From Phoronis australis (Eukaryota; Animalia; Phoronida), in contig NMRA01000004.1 of the NCBI GenBank assembly GCA_002633005.1, forward strand, positions 1,963,935-2,027,934: a stretch of DNA of 64,000 nt, read 5' to 3'. Every line of letters starts with the position of its first letter. Position 1 is the stretch's first letter. Shown here one piece after another: positions 13,692-24,084 of the stretch. A model generated the notes under the pieces. The model was not told the origin of the DNA. It searched no databases and saw nothing but the letters and a program-made list of their open reading frames with translations. Both the position numbers and the translations under genes were made by a program.

Positions 13692-16600
13692 AAATTTGGT
13701 TACATAACATAGGGGCCCTGGCAAAAGCTAATTCAAACGCTCGTCCGTAATCCCTCAGACTGATAAGTTGTGTCTTAAATTGTAAGAGGTCGGTGGGAGA
13801 GTCCATTTCGCATTTTCCAGACTTTGCGCTCTCCAAAATCATCTTTGCCTTTTCATATGCCCAAGACAGTTCTTTAATCTGGTCGGCCATCTTACTTTGG
13901 ATGTTCGTGACATTGTCACCGTCAATTACCGTCATGCACAAATACTCGCCAGCCATGTCGTTGTAAGGAACGATAGCAAAATTTCCCAAACAAGAAGCGA
14001 ATTTGACCAATGCTTGCGTCATAGTCTTCATTTCGATATTTGTTTGTGCCTGAGACACGTCTGAGGAGAATTGATGCTGAATTGTCTTCGCTTCTAGGAT
14101 CGATTCAGCCAAAGCATCAGCTACAGTTCTTACTTCATTCACTAAGATACTCTCTGTCATCTTATGTGGCGTCATCTCGTCCACGCGATCCAATAAGCGA
14201 TTGACTTCCGCTGCAGCTGTTCTCCAACTGCAAGAGTAGATTCCAGGATCCTTTTCACCAAACTTTGCTCTGTTGTTAAAGTGCGCAAGACCTCTGAATG
14301 GCGCGTAGTCTAAACAGAAACAGTTTTCGGACGTGATGTTCAGACCAGTAGCCTGTTCTCTCAATACATCGACGAGATCATTAAACGATTCGCTTGATAG
14401 GGAGAATGGTGTGCGAACATTTGAATAACAGAACACAATGTTATTCAGTGCAAGGCGATGGAAACATTTCAATATTTCCAACATGGAGGATCGAAAGATA
14501 GCCCGCAATGGGCGCTCTTCTTTCAGTAGGATGATAATTGCATGGATCTCTTCGTACTTATACAAGCAGTCGACAATACTACCGGTTATCAAACTATTGC
14601 GATGCAAGGCTTTCGTTTCTTTAATATTGAGAGGGACAACGATCTTTATCTTGTGACCATTGATCTGAAACCCATACGAAGTCACATTGCCGATTTCTTC
14701 GACTTCAAAAAAGTCACCATGACTGTCATTGGATATCTTGATCTCATCAAGCGTTTCCCCATTCGCCATGTAAGTGAATGACGACGGTGCCGGACTATAC
14801 AGCTGTTCTTGCATGGCCATTTCCCATTCTGGGTAAGCCAAGTAGTTGAAAAAACTGTTTATCCACGTGGACTTGTCTATACCAGCTTCGCTCAATAACA
14901 ACACGACCTTTTCCTTCAGTGGTCGTAGTGTAGATATTTCTTCGCACAAGATGCCGTCGGGGTAACTGACGAAATCTGGGCCATGCGCAATATCGCTACA
15001 CCGGAATAAGGATGACGATGGAATGGACTCACCACACCTACAGTAAAACATTTCAGTAGATAGCCCATACTCAACCCTACAGCGACATTCTGCACACTTC
15101 CAAACCAATTGACGATCGGTACACTTTCTGGAACCCGAAAAAGAATTTGGACACCTAAGTTTCACCAGGGCTTTTTCGTTAGGTGCGTATGCCAAAGGAA
15201 TTGCATCCGGAAGTTTTATGAGACACGAATGGAATTCTTCCTTACTTTTAGGCGCAGGATTCCCGGTGTTCTTAGCAAGGGAGTTATCGTCTTTACTTTT
15301 CCGCAGGCTCGCAGGTGTCAGTTCGTTCGCACTTTTCAAAGACTGCAGCTCGTCAGATAGGTCATCGTCAGGGTACCTCGAGTACTGAAAGCCGTGTACG
15401 TCTTTATTGCAACGGAATACAGACATGCTGGGCGCCGACTCTCCACATCTACAATAAAAGTTTAAAGTATGCAACCCCAGTTCAACTACATCTCTGCACT
15501 TGGCACAGTGCCAAGTAACCGGACTCTCAGAGCACTGACCTCTCATGTACTTCGGACATCTGATTTGTACGCGAGCTTTTTCCTCCGGTAAAGACCTACG
15601 AAGGGACGGGCTTTCGAATTTGACAAGACACAACTCGCGATCATTTTTCTCTTTGCCGTATAGGTCTGCACACGTTTTGACCCCATCTTCATACACAACG
15701 ACGGCACCCTCCTCTGTATTCGATTTTTTCCAGATGCCAGGACATACTGCCTCGTCCACCACCTTGAATGCCATGTTCCCAGGATTGAACGTTACTTTGT
15801 GCAGTTGCAGAAAGAACTGTTGTACTTCGTCAGATCTAGTACTACTTACGAGTGGTTTATAGAAGATGTAAACTATCTGAGCATCATCTGTGAGAAGTAG
15901 GTCATGTTTTCCGACATAAACAATTCCTCTTTTAATGCAGTCTTTAATGAAATCGATTTTGATCAGATCGGCTTGTAATTCTCGAATGTAGTTTCGGTAT
16001 TTCACCACAGACGCCGTTTCATGGAGGAATTTGTCTAGAACAGTTAACTCAGCTTCACAACGTCGTATCTTTACGATAAGCTCTTGCAGTTCGGAGCGAA
16101 ACATCTTTGAATGTAACGATATTTCATTCAAGTACTTGTCAACGGTTTCGAGTTTCTCATCAGTCACGTAATTACGAAATGAGTCAAACAGTTTTTGGAT
16201 GTCATACAAGCATTGCGTTTTCTTCGTAATACTCTCGACTGCTTGTGCTGTAGCGCTGATGGTTGCTTCTTTGAGCAAAGAAAATGTGATTCCAATTGAG
16301 ATGGACAAGTTACAAATTTTGACAACTTCACTCAAAGGCTTCAAAGTGTATACCAAAGGGACACCTTTTCCATTGTTGGTTTTCTGAATAAGAGATGGGA
16401 GACTTTTAGCAAGTTTAAGAGCTCCTTCAAATGTATCCGGAAGATCCTCTTGGGAGGAAACATCAGACTTGCATTTGAATGAAAACTTCATGTTTGCTTG
16501 TTCACTGTTTTCGTTGACATCTCGGGTAATTGCTCCTTTTGCGCTAATTAAACCTTTCAACTTTTCCAGCTCTGCTTTGAGAGCTCCTTTTACAGTCGCG

Positions 16601-17010
16601 TCATTTTTATTCTCTGCGTTTTCACATTCGCATGTGATTGAACAGGCAGCGCCCCACTCAATCCCAACCACAACGTGGGTAGCTAACAGATTCCCCTGTT
16701 GAGCGAAAAGATCCGTATCAACCAAATCTCTGTGATGCCTGAGTTCAAACCCTTCACTCACCCTCTTGGTTTTGTAGACCAAACTCATCTTGACTACCTT
16801 GGAACTTTTCTTATCTTCCACTAGATAAGAACCAGAGCCCCCGAGAGTCACCAAACCGGCCAACACGCTGGCTTGGAGTTCAGGTTCAACGTCAAACTTG
16901 TTGAATTTCTCTTCAACGCTGTCGGTAATGACAAGCTCAATAGACGTGTCTCCTAAATCAGTCTCATTCACGGCGTCGGCCCCCAATTTGCAACGAAACA
17001 GTGAGTCATC
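13690..17010 (-). CDS. Coding exon 2 (1106 aa + stop) of a stonustoxin/verrucotoxin-like MACPF/CDC protein with two Cys/His modules and a degenerate P-loop GTPase domain
   Basis: Uninterrupted 3.3 kb ORF. Acceptor caaatttcAG at 17011-17020 is followed in phase 0 by DDSLFRCKL. SNTX-like motifs LAGLVTLGGSGSYL and ATHVVVGIEWGA. Duplicated Cys/His module at 15331-15630 and 14920-15225. P-loop-like VVLLLSEAGIDKSTWINSFFNYL, with SEAGIDKST at 14866-14892. Confidence 0.9.
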   Translation of the reverse strand, partial: DDSLFRCKLGADAVNETDLGDTSIELVITDSVEEKFNKFDVEPELQASVLAGLVTLGGSGSYLVEDKKSSKVVKMSLVYKTKRVSEGFELRHHRDLVDTDLFAQQGNLLATHVVVGIEWGAACSITCECENAENKNDATVKGALKAELEKLKGLISAKGAITRDVNENSEQANMKFSFKCKSDVSSQEDLPDTFEGALKLAKSLPSLIQKTNNGKGVPLVYTLKPLSEVVKICNLSISIGITFSLLKEATISATAQAVESITKKTQCLYDIQKLFDSFRNYVTDEKLETVDKYLNEISLHSKMFRSELQELIVKIRRCEAELTVLDKFLHETASVVKYRNYIRELQADLIKIDFIKDCIKRGIVYVGKHDLLLTDDAQIVYIFYKPLVSSTRSDEVQQFFLQLHKVTFNPGNMAFKVVDEAVCPGIWKKSNTEEGAVVVYEDGVKTCADLYGKEKNDRELCLVKFESPSLRRSLPEEKARVQIRCPKYMRGQCSESPVTWHCAKCRDVVELGLHTLNFYCRCGESAPSMSVFRCNKDVHGFQYSRYPDDDLSDELQSLKSANELTPASLRKSKDDNSLAKNTGNPAPKSKEEFHSCLIKLPDAIPLAYAPNEKALVKLRCPNSFSGSRKCTDRQLVWKCAECRCRVEYGLSTEMFYCRCGESIPSSSLFRCSDIAHGPDFVSYPDGILCEEISTLRPLKEKVVLLLSEAGIDKSTWINSFFNYLAYPEWEMAMQEQLYSPAPSSFTYMANGETLDEIKISNDSHGDFFEVEEIGNVTSYGFQINGHKIKIVVPLNIKETKALHRNSLITGSIVDCLYKYEEIHAIIILLKEERPLRAIFRSSMLEILKCFHRLALNNIVFCYSNVRTPFSLSSESFNDLVDVLREQATGLNITSENCFCLDYAPFRGLAHFNNRAKFGEKDPGIYSCSWRTAAAEVNRLLDRVDEMTPHKMTESILVNEVRTVADALAESILEAKTIQHQFSSDVSQAQTNIEMKTMTQALVKFASCLGNFAIVPYNDMAGEYLCMTVIDGDNVTNIQSKMADQIKELSWAYEKAKMILESAKSGKCEMDSPTDLLQFKTQLISLRDYGRAFELAFARAPMLCNQI

Positions 17011-17173
17011 CTGAAATTTGACATCAGAAATCATTGGTAACACACTCATGAAAATGGGGAGTGAAATCATACTTCATACTGCAACCAGGTTTACTTTGCA
17101 AAGACCGACATGAGTACAAATGACAGGGGATAAGGCGAGAACATAATCAGATTTAACTTCTAATCCCTCGCCC

Positions 17174-17216
17174 CAGTCGCGTTTCGGTCGGCCATTTCTC
17201 AGACCTTCTTCAGCGT
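17174..17216 (-). other. Degenerate minimal hammerhead ribozyme-like motif (Penelope-like element type)
   Basis: Minus strand reads CTGAAGA-A-GGTC-(12 nt)-GACC-GAAA-CGCG-AC: both core boxes, stem II and a palindromic CGCG loop are present, but the U of the cleavage-site UH is A. Confidence 0.45.
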
Positions 17217-17269
17217 TCTCAGAAGAATGCACACACACATTTGGTACATCTATGGTAGGCATTTGGATG

Positions 17270-17535
17270 ACTCAGCTGTCTAGTGGTTAAAGAATTGGAA
17301 TGGCAGACGAAAGGTCACAGGTTCATTCCCTACCGTGCAACAGAAATATAATTCAGATACCTACATGCACTAAGAGTTTACCCGATTCCATAGCTCGTTC
17401 TATATGTATAACACCCGACGATTGCTGTAAAAACGACTGAGGGATCCAAAATGTGGGGTATTAGCGGGTTAACTAGATGAGGTGGCTCGATGTGCTGAGC
17501 AGAGAGCTGATAGAGAGCGTCTTAATGCTTCGATA
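17270..17535 (+). mobile_element. tRNA-derived SINE-like remnant in the intron
   Basis: A-box-like GTCTAGTGGTTAA and B-box-like GGTTCATTCCC at tRNA spacing (~17278-17332), but no complete cloverleaf. The 3' boundary is approximate. Confidence 0.5.
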
Positions 17536-17949
17536 TATTTAATCAAACTGAGTTCTACACGATACATACATCTGTTAAGTTCCAAGAAATGATTCATGCC
17601 CAAATACATATACATTGTGGTTATGAGAGGAAGAGAGGATGGGTTACAAAGAAAGACTGATCACACACAGAGTGAAAGTTGCATAATAAATAATAGTTCC
17701 TAGTATACATTCTTGAGGTATAGAAAATCACACAAAACAGGAAACCTGTCTGTCATTAAAAACAATAAATGTAATTGATTATAAACATCCCTAAACCATG
17801 TTTGACAACGACCGACCAAAACTTCATGCCTATGTGAATAGGCTAGAGGCTAGTGTAAATAGGCCAATAGATTTTAGAAATAATCACACTACACCACCAC
17901 CTCAAATTGGTCATAGGAAGTCATAACGGCACGCTGTAAAAGTTATTAC

Positions 17950-18039
17950 CAAAAAGTTATCGGTCCTGACATCGTAAAGCGCACCAATTTGCTTCGCTCT
18001 TCCAAGCGCTGCTCTTTGAAGTCGTGACGTAGCGTACAT
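17950..18039 (-). CDS. Coding exon 1 (30 aa, MYATSRLQRAALGRAKQIGALYDVRTDNFL) of the same gene
   Basis: ATG at 18039. The peptide matches the typical SNTX-family N-terminus (ALGR...G.LYD.R.D.F). Donor GTAATA at 17949 is phase 0 and joins exon 2 in frame. An upstream acceptor tattttgcAG (18069-18078) suggests a further upstream, probably untranslated, exon. Confidence 0.85.
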
Positions 18040-18954
18040 GTCTGCGTTCAAGATAGACGAGGTGTAGTCTGCAAAATACATTTGAATCTCTAAATTATTG
18101 CAGTTAACTAAACATTGATAATTAAAACGCAAAGTTTCACTTTATTCTGAAAGCCTAGGCATGAAGTTGTAGCTGCGACAACATGTTGTTGCCGAAACTG
18201 CTCTCTGTGTTATTTATAATGACTCTTAAATTCATAACTAAGTACAACGATTCGTTTTATTCTACAACTCAACGAGCACCTGTGACAACCTGTTGTTGGT
18301 AATCTGTTCATCGAGGGGTTTATATTGACTTGATCTAAACTTTTAAGTTGAAGCAGCTAGCAGATGCTATTATTTCATCTGGGTGTTTTACATTAAAGCG
18401 AAACGTCAAAAGTTGGTCATGTTATTCATGCTGTTGTACTGATGTGAATGTGCCTTTCATTTTTGCTAAATTTTACTTAAAATTGAAAAGCCTAAAGGCT
18501 TTCTATCTTCGTAAAAGATATATTTTTACAGAGTTGTCGGTAATTTCAATAGTTTTAAAAGATTTGGTTACTTGTACAGACTTGTTGACGAGGTCTTACA
18601 TAATTCATGTAAAATTAATGTTTGTGGGACCGATAGTTTAAAGTAACAGTAACTTTCGCAACGTTATACCCTATTTCTTATTAAGCCTTGATTTTGTTCG
18701 CCATCGTTGACACTGCTTATTTTGTCAAACTAAAAAACGTAGATATGATTAATTGAGCCTCGGAAAGCATGTTCATAGGACTACATGCGTAAGCGTTATT
18801 TTCTGAAGATAGGCTATGAGCCAAAATTCGAGAGTTCTGTTCGCGAAGCCACAAAGTTGACTGGTATATCTAGATACAGAGTTTGGAAAACATCAGCGAC
18901 TACTGAATCTCTCCAACCTGGACAAAATCCTCGGGAAAATGTTAGTGTGAATCT

Positions 18955-19543
18955 GTACTTGGGTTTTATATATACACTGGAGAAAATTGCACCAGTGATT
19001 TTAAAGATAAAGGAAAGGCTCCATCCTTAAAGAGCTGGAAAAATCCAAAGTTTCGCGAGCATTCAGGGAACTTGGCGTTGATTGGGTTATACGTTCTGAA
19101 GTTTTGAAAGGGATGGAGGAGTTCACCTGCCTCATGCATGAGTCGTGAGTAATCGATAGATGCTACTCGTACCAAGATGTTGCGCAACATGGTTGGTGAA
19201 GATGAAATTCTCTCTTACAAGTCCAAGGTTGACCTTGCTCGACTTCCCCCGTGCCTGGCTGCACGGAAACCTCACATTCAGCGAGTAAATCACCGTGTCG
19301 CCTTGTACAAGCGCGCTTGTGTACTCGTAATTGGAACAGCCAAAACCTTATGACGAAGTACAAGGGTGGGTGTGGGATGACGAAGAAGTGTTAGAATATG
19401 TGTTGCCGTTTGGTCCAATCTTACCAAACTCACTGATTGAAATTTTGCTCACCGATGTTTGTGAAATGGAAGAGGAAACTGACGAGTTGTATGACAGTTT
19501 CACGGAAAGCGATGAACGTGACATGGAGCGATGGAACATGTAA
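18955..19543 (+). pseudogene. Academ-type DNA transposon XPG-like nuclease C-terminal remnant (frameshifted)
   Basis: Across frames: YTGENCTSDFKDKGK (cf. GCDxxSxFxGKGK H3TH motif), EEFTCLM, IDATRTKMLRNMVGED, VDLARLPPC...PHIQRVNHRVALYKRA, frameshift, EQPKPYDEVQGW...GPILPNSLIEIL plus an acidic tail. Confidence 0.7.
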
Positions 19544-21948
19544 GCAGTGAGGTCAGCACCTAATGATTGCCCACATTTCTGCTATCATTTCCCTGTATTT
19601 TTCCTTGTGATATTAAAAAATGATGAAATGCGGCTCGCTAAAAAGCTGACTATATTAACACTGAAGCTGCACATTATTTTAGTGTTTATATTGGCTTATG
19701 TATACCCAGTGTAGTATTGATTGTAAATAATCGTATAATGCAAATCAGATGCAATAGATTATGAAAATTATTCCTTCGTAATGCTTGATCCTCAAAATAT
19801 CAGCTGCCACACTTGATTTGTTCCATTACAGGAAAAACAAAGTCCGATTTCGTCTGATAACGAAAAAAATCGGGAATGGCGGCACTAATTAGCATAAAAA
19901 ACGCAGGTGGGACACTTTTTCGGCTTATTAACATCTTTTTTCGGGTTTCACACTTATTTCTTTTTGCAAGAATGCAACTTAGGTACACGGCGGGGGGAGC
20001 ATTTTTCGACTCAACTATGTTCACTGGAGAAATCTATGTGCGAGCTTTCGCCGTTGAAGATTTGTACGGCCAATCAGCAACCATATAAAGATAAAGATAA
20101 AAGGGTGTTGCGAACCTTCGATTCTAATGCAAAGTAATAGACATATGTTATTTGGTTCATCAATGCGGATCGCTCAGAATACAAGGGCAAATAACATGAG
20201 TGAAAGTCAATGAACGTGGCCTTTGAAAACACCTTTTTACAATAACGTAATGATGGGAACTACGATGCCCTGTCGCAGCTTTGCATTCACCTGGTGGTTT
20301 ATATTTCACGGTTGTTTAAAAATGAATGTGACGCCAGAATTCGGGCAGACAGAAGAGTTGCATGCGAAGCCCTGGTAAAGTAGTGACTTGCGAACCCGAA
20401 AATATTGAGATCGAATCACAACGGGTTCTTCACAGCTTCACAAAAAGTTTAGTAATACAGACTTCAAATCACGTTACAATAGCAGCTGTCAGTATGAAGG
20501 CATGAACGGTCAAAATGGAGACTGGTTGAGTGGCCGAAATACGCGTTCATGACTTCATAGTCAACACAGAATATACACTAACCTGTTTTCGCGCACGCAC
20601 TATTTGTTGCACTTAGCTGTTGTACGTGTAACTCTTATTGACATTTACTCCTAAGCCGGTCAGATTAACTCTGCAAGCGATATTTTCAGACGAAAAAAGC
20701 AAGCCATTATCGTGTACATGTGTATCGGTATCAATTGCAACGACGATTTCTGCATTTGGTATCTGGGGTTCATTTATTCTGCTTTCCTTCCACGGAAATT
20801 ATCTCATTGCCGAACTAGTATTTTTGAGTGCACTCACGACATCGATGTCGACTGGCAATTCTAGGTGAACCGACTCGTGAACGAGACGGTGATTGCAGCT
20901 TGCCTCCCCTACGACTTTACTGACTCCACACCCATAACGCTAAACCCTCGTGAGAGACCGCCCCGAGTTGGCTGCTGGAGCATCTCGGGGCGGNCGTGAC
21001 TGGACAAAGCCTTTTCAAATTAGCCGGTGGAGCGTGAGACCCCTGAGGTCCCAATCGAGTCCTCACGACAACTTTGCGTTATGTAAGTTACCCATTAGTT
21101 GTACCATGTGATCCAAGAAGGGATGTTACCCTCATATATCCCCCTACACAACACGTCAACCCGGCCCCGAGAGCTGCATAATAAAATATCAATGAAAGCA
21201 GCCACGATACTAAAATGCTCAGTGTTTTCAGGTCACCCAGAGTAATTTTTTGTTCAACCAAGTACTCACATGCACCTGGTGTAAAGCCAAAATATTTGCA
21301 ACAAAGGAATCTCTAGCTGAACGCTATGTACGGATTTGTCATGGTAAGAAAGAATCTACCTTGAACAGCCCCACTGACGCTTGTATTCCGAGAACTGAAC
21401 TTGAGCGAACTACGACATATTCGTATTCTTTACCTTTGGAAAAGTTATGTCTGCCCATGTTAACCAGTAACCCGATAATTTCAAGTTGGTTGATCCCACA
21501 CGAAGAGACCTACCCGAAGGCGCAGAGCAGTCGTGAGACTACAGATGCGTGGAGCCACTTCAATTTCTGTTCGTGGGCATGACCATGAACGAATAGAGCG
21601 AGTGTCGATCAGTCTACATCGGTGAACCGAAATAAGAGCCTTACAGTGTGTTGCAAGGCAAAATGGATCGGAGCAAAACATTTACTGTTGACCGGGGAAA
21701 TTCCGTTGCACTAGCCAGCGGCAGCGTCGAACTAGTTTTACTTTCAGTTCCTTCTATGATCATATTAACCGTTTGGTGGCGCTCGTTGTTTTGAGCCCAA
21801 TAAGCTACAATGATATAGTAGAAAATTGGCGACTGCTTTGTACTGCATATGAAACTTACACATTTGTCTGATGTTTTGGTCTCCACTGATCCAAGTAAGG
21901 AATGTTGTTGACCTTTTGACCCACATGTGTCGGTTTTGCAACTGAAAA

Positions 21949-22208
21949 CATGCGCGCACCCAGCCTAAAAATTGGGGGGCTCAACTTTTTTGAGAATGTG
22001 GACCTTTTACTAAGATTTACGGGGTAGGTTCAAAGCTATAAATTGTACATTTACCGAATTTTGGTAGTTACTGCCTTTTTAGTGGACTTTTGTCTCATTT
22101 TCTACTTTTTTCGTAGTTTTTGTTTCTCTGAGGTGGACGTTTTTGCCCGCTTCGTCAAATGTAGGGGCTCGTTCGAATCCCCCGAGTCGCCCCGTAGGTG
22201 CGCGCGTG
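21949..22208 (+). mobile_element. MITE family B (CATGCGCGCACCC termini), copy 1
   Basis: CATGCGCGCACC...GGTGCGCGCGTG; internally similar to 24085-24306 and 26305-26551. Confidence 0.75.
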
Positions 22209-24084
22209 GGACATTCAGGTACCCTCAGATACTCTGTATTCGTATAAAAATATCTGGTGGCACATAGACCCCGTGTTTACTTAGCGTTCATACGTCGGAA
22301 ATTTTTCGGCGAATTATGCCTCACACCGATTAAGCCATCGTCACGTTGCTGTTAGGTAAGTACATTTTGCACAAAGAGGGACGCCTTAAGAGGTCGTCAA
22401 TGGCTTCCAACTCCAACAAATACTCCCGCATCCAAACCTTTCTTTCGGACAGTCCTTTGTTCAATTGCCCGAATCAGCAACTAGCCTTTTTTACACTGCT
22501 CGTCCCAGGAAATACGACGTCATATTCCCGAAAAATAGCTTCTCACTAAGCAAAGCACAATTAAGGTGAGACCAATTTTAGAACTGCGGTAAACGTGATC
22601 TAATTCAAATATTCGTTTCTTGGTCAGGTGGCCCAATTCACCTTACGCTAGCTAACAAAACTGTTCATACTAGTCGAAATAAACTGTTTCGCTAATGTTT
22701 ACGAACCGAGTTTGAAATAAAATCGCTACATTTCCATGAACTGTGAGCGGAAGCGTTTTCAACAGCTAGAGAGTGACTTGTACAGTCGTAGTGTTGGAGC
22801 CTGGGATAACAGTTCGGCCCGTGTTGTACAGTACAATGTATGTTGCAAAAACGGATATGCAATTACTGCAAGCAAAAATTACGTGCGCACGCGCTAAAAG
22901 TGTATGACTGAACCACTTCAATAAATTAGTGAACAATAAAAGGACGTATTGCAGCCTCGTCCCCAAGTCTTACGATGGCGCTGATCGGTTTAGCCATTTG
23001 ATGTTTGGTTATGGGAAATGAAATTTTTGCGGAAATCGCCGAAATACCTCTTATATAGATTCATTCACAAAGTCCAAAAATCGTTTGAAAGAACCATTAC
23101 TTTATACTAAGCTGTGGCCTGAACAAAAAAGTTACCCTTGCACAGCGAGCTGTCCACACAAGCAGCAAATTACTCACGTGACCTACTTGCCTTCGATATA
23201 TTCGTGATGAAATAATGTGCTTGTTATTTATTATTCAGTAGTCCTTGGAAAAGATCCAGTGGTTCGTGGGAAGGATAGCCGTCTGGAAGGCTTACCCTTG
23301 TATAAGGACAGGGGATAGTTTGATATTATCAGTAAATATTCGAATTGAAATGATGCCAAAAATCACGAGGGTGTTTAAAACCGTTGACAGAATTGCTGAA
23401 AATTTCCAGAGATAGAGTTTAATATTGATACGATGAGTGCCCGGGAATGAGGCAAAAGTGTAATGTAATAATTGGCACTGTCAATTTCTATGAAAACTTC
23501 ACTGCCTACGTACAGCACATTCGTAGTTACAGACTATTTTCATGTACATGTAGCACCCTCTGTTTCCTAAACATTATTGTTCATAACTCGCAAGTAACAA
23601 GCCTTTGTCAGACTCATACAACTTTTCGAATATCTATTGTGAGGGGCAGAACAGTAGTCAGTGGGTTTTGCCTGAATTGTTTGAGGGCTACCTGAAATCG
23701 TAACCGATTCCCAGTCAGTCGCTACCCAGCAACGCACAGATTCGACAAGATCCGCCATTTGGAAGAAGAGTGCAGCTTCAGCCGAGAAACTGGTCTTTTC
23801 ACATTCTCGGTCCCCAAATACAAACAAACCACATTTACGGAGCCTAAATGGGGTACCTACATGTACCTAAAATCTGCACCGAAGCCTGGTATACACCTAA
23901 ATTTTAATATTTTGGTACTGCAAATTGGCCGCGTCCGTAGCCTAAGTGTTCAGTGCTACCTTGGGTGACTCCAAATTGAGGTGGCTCTGGTGGGATTAGG
24001 GGAGCGATCAGTATCGCCAACGTCTCCGCTATGAAAACAAGATCTAGCAACTCCGTGAGATATCGTCGTGTATTTCCAATAGTA

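Larger units (their letters stand above)
17011..17949 (-). other. GT-AG intron (939 bp) of the MACPF-like gene
   Basis: GTAATA...TTTCAG boundaries; phase 0 splice restores a continuous SNTX-like N-terminus (RTDNFL|DDSLF). Confidence 0.8.

Noticed and set aside
14438-16702. Several plus-strand ORFs of 60-105 aa
   Set aside because: Antisense shadows of the long minus-strand exon.
17011-17070. ATG at 17070 as start of a single-exon 1126-aa protein
   Set aside because: It lacks the conserved SNTX-type N-terminal motif, which is supplied by the upstream exon through a canonical in-frame splice.
17270-17340. tRNA gene
   Set aside because: A and B boxes are present but there is no paired acceptor stem or clean cloverleaf; treated as a SINE head. 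The same applies to ~46860-46915.
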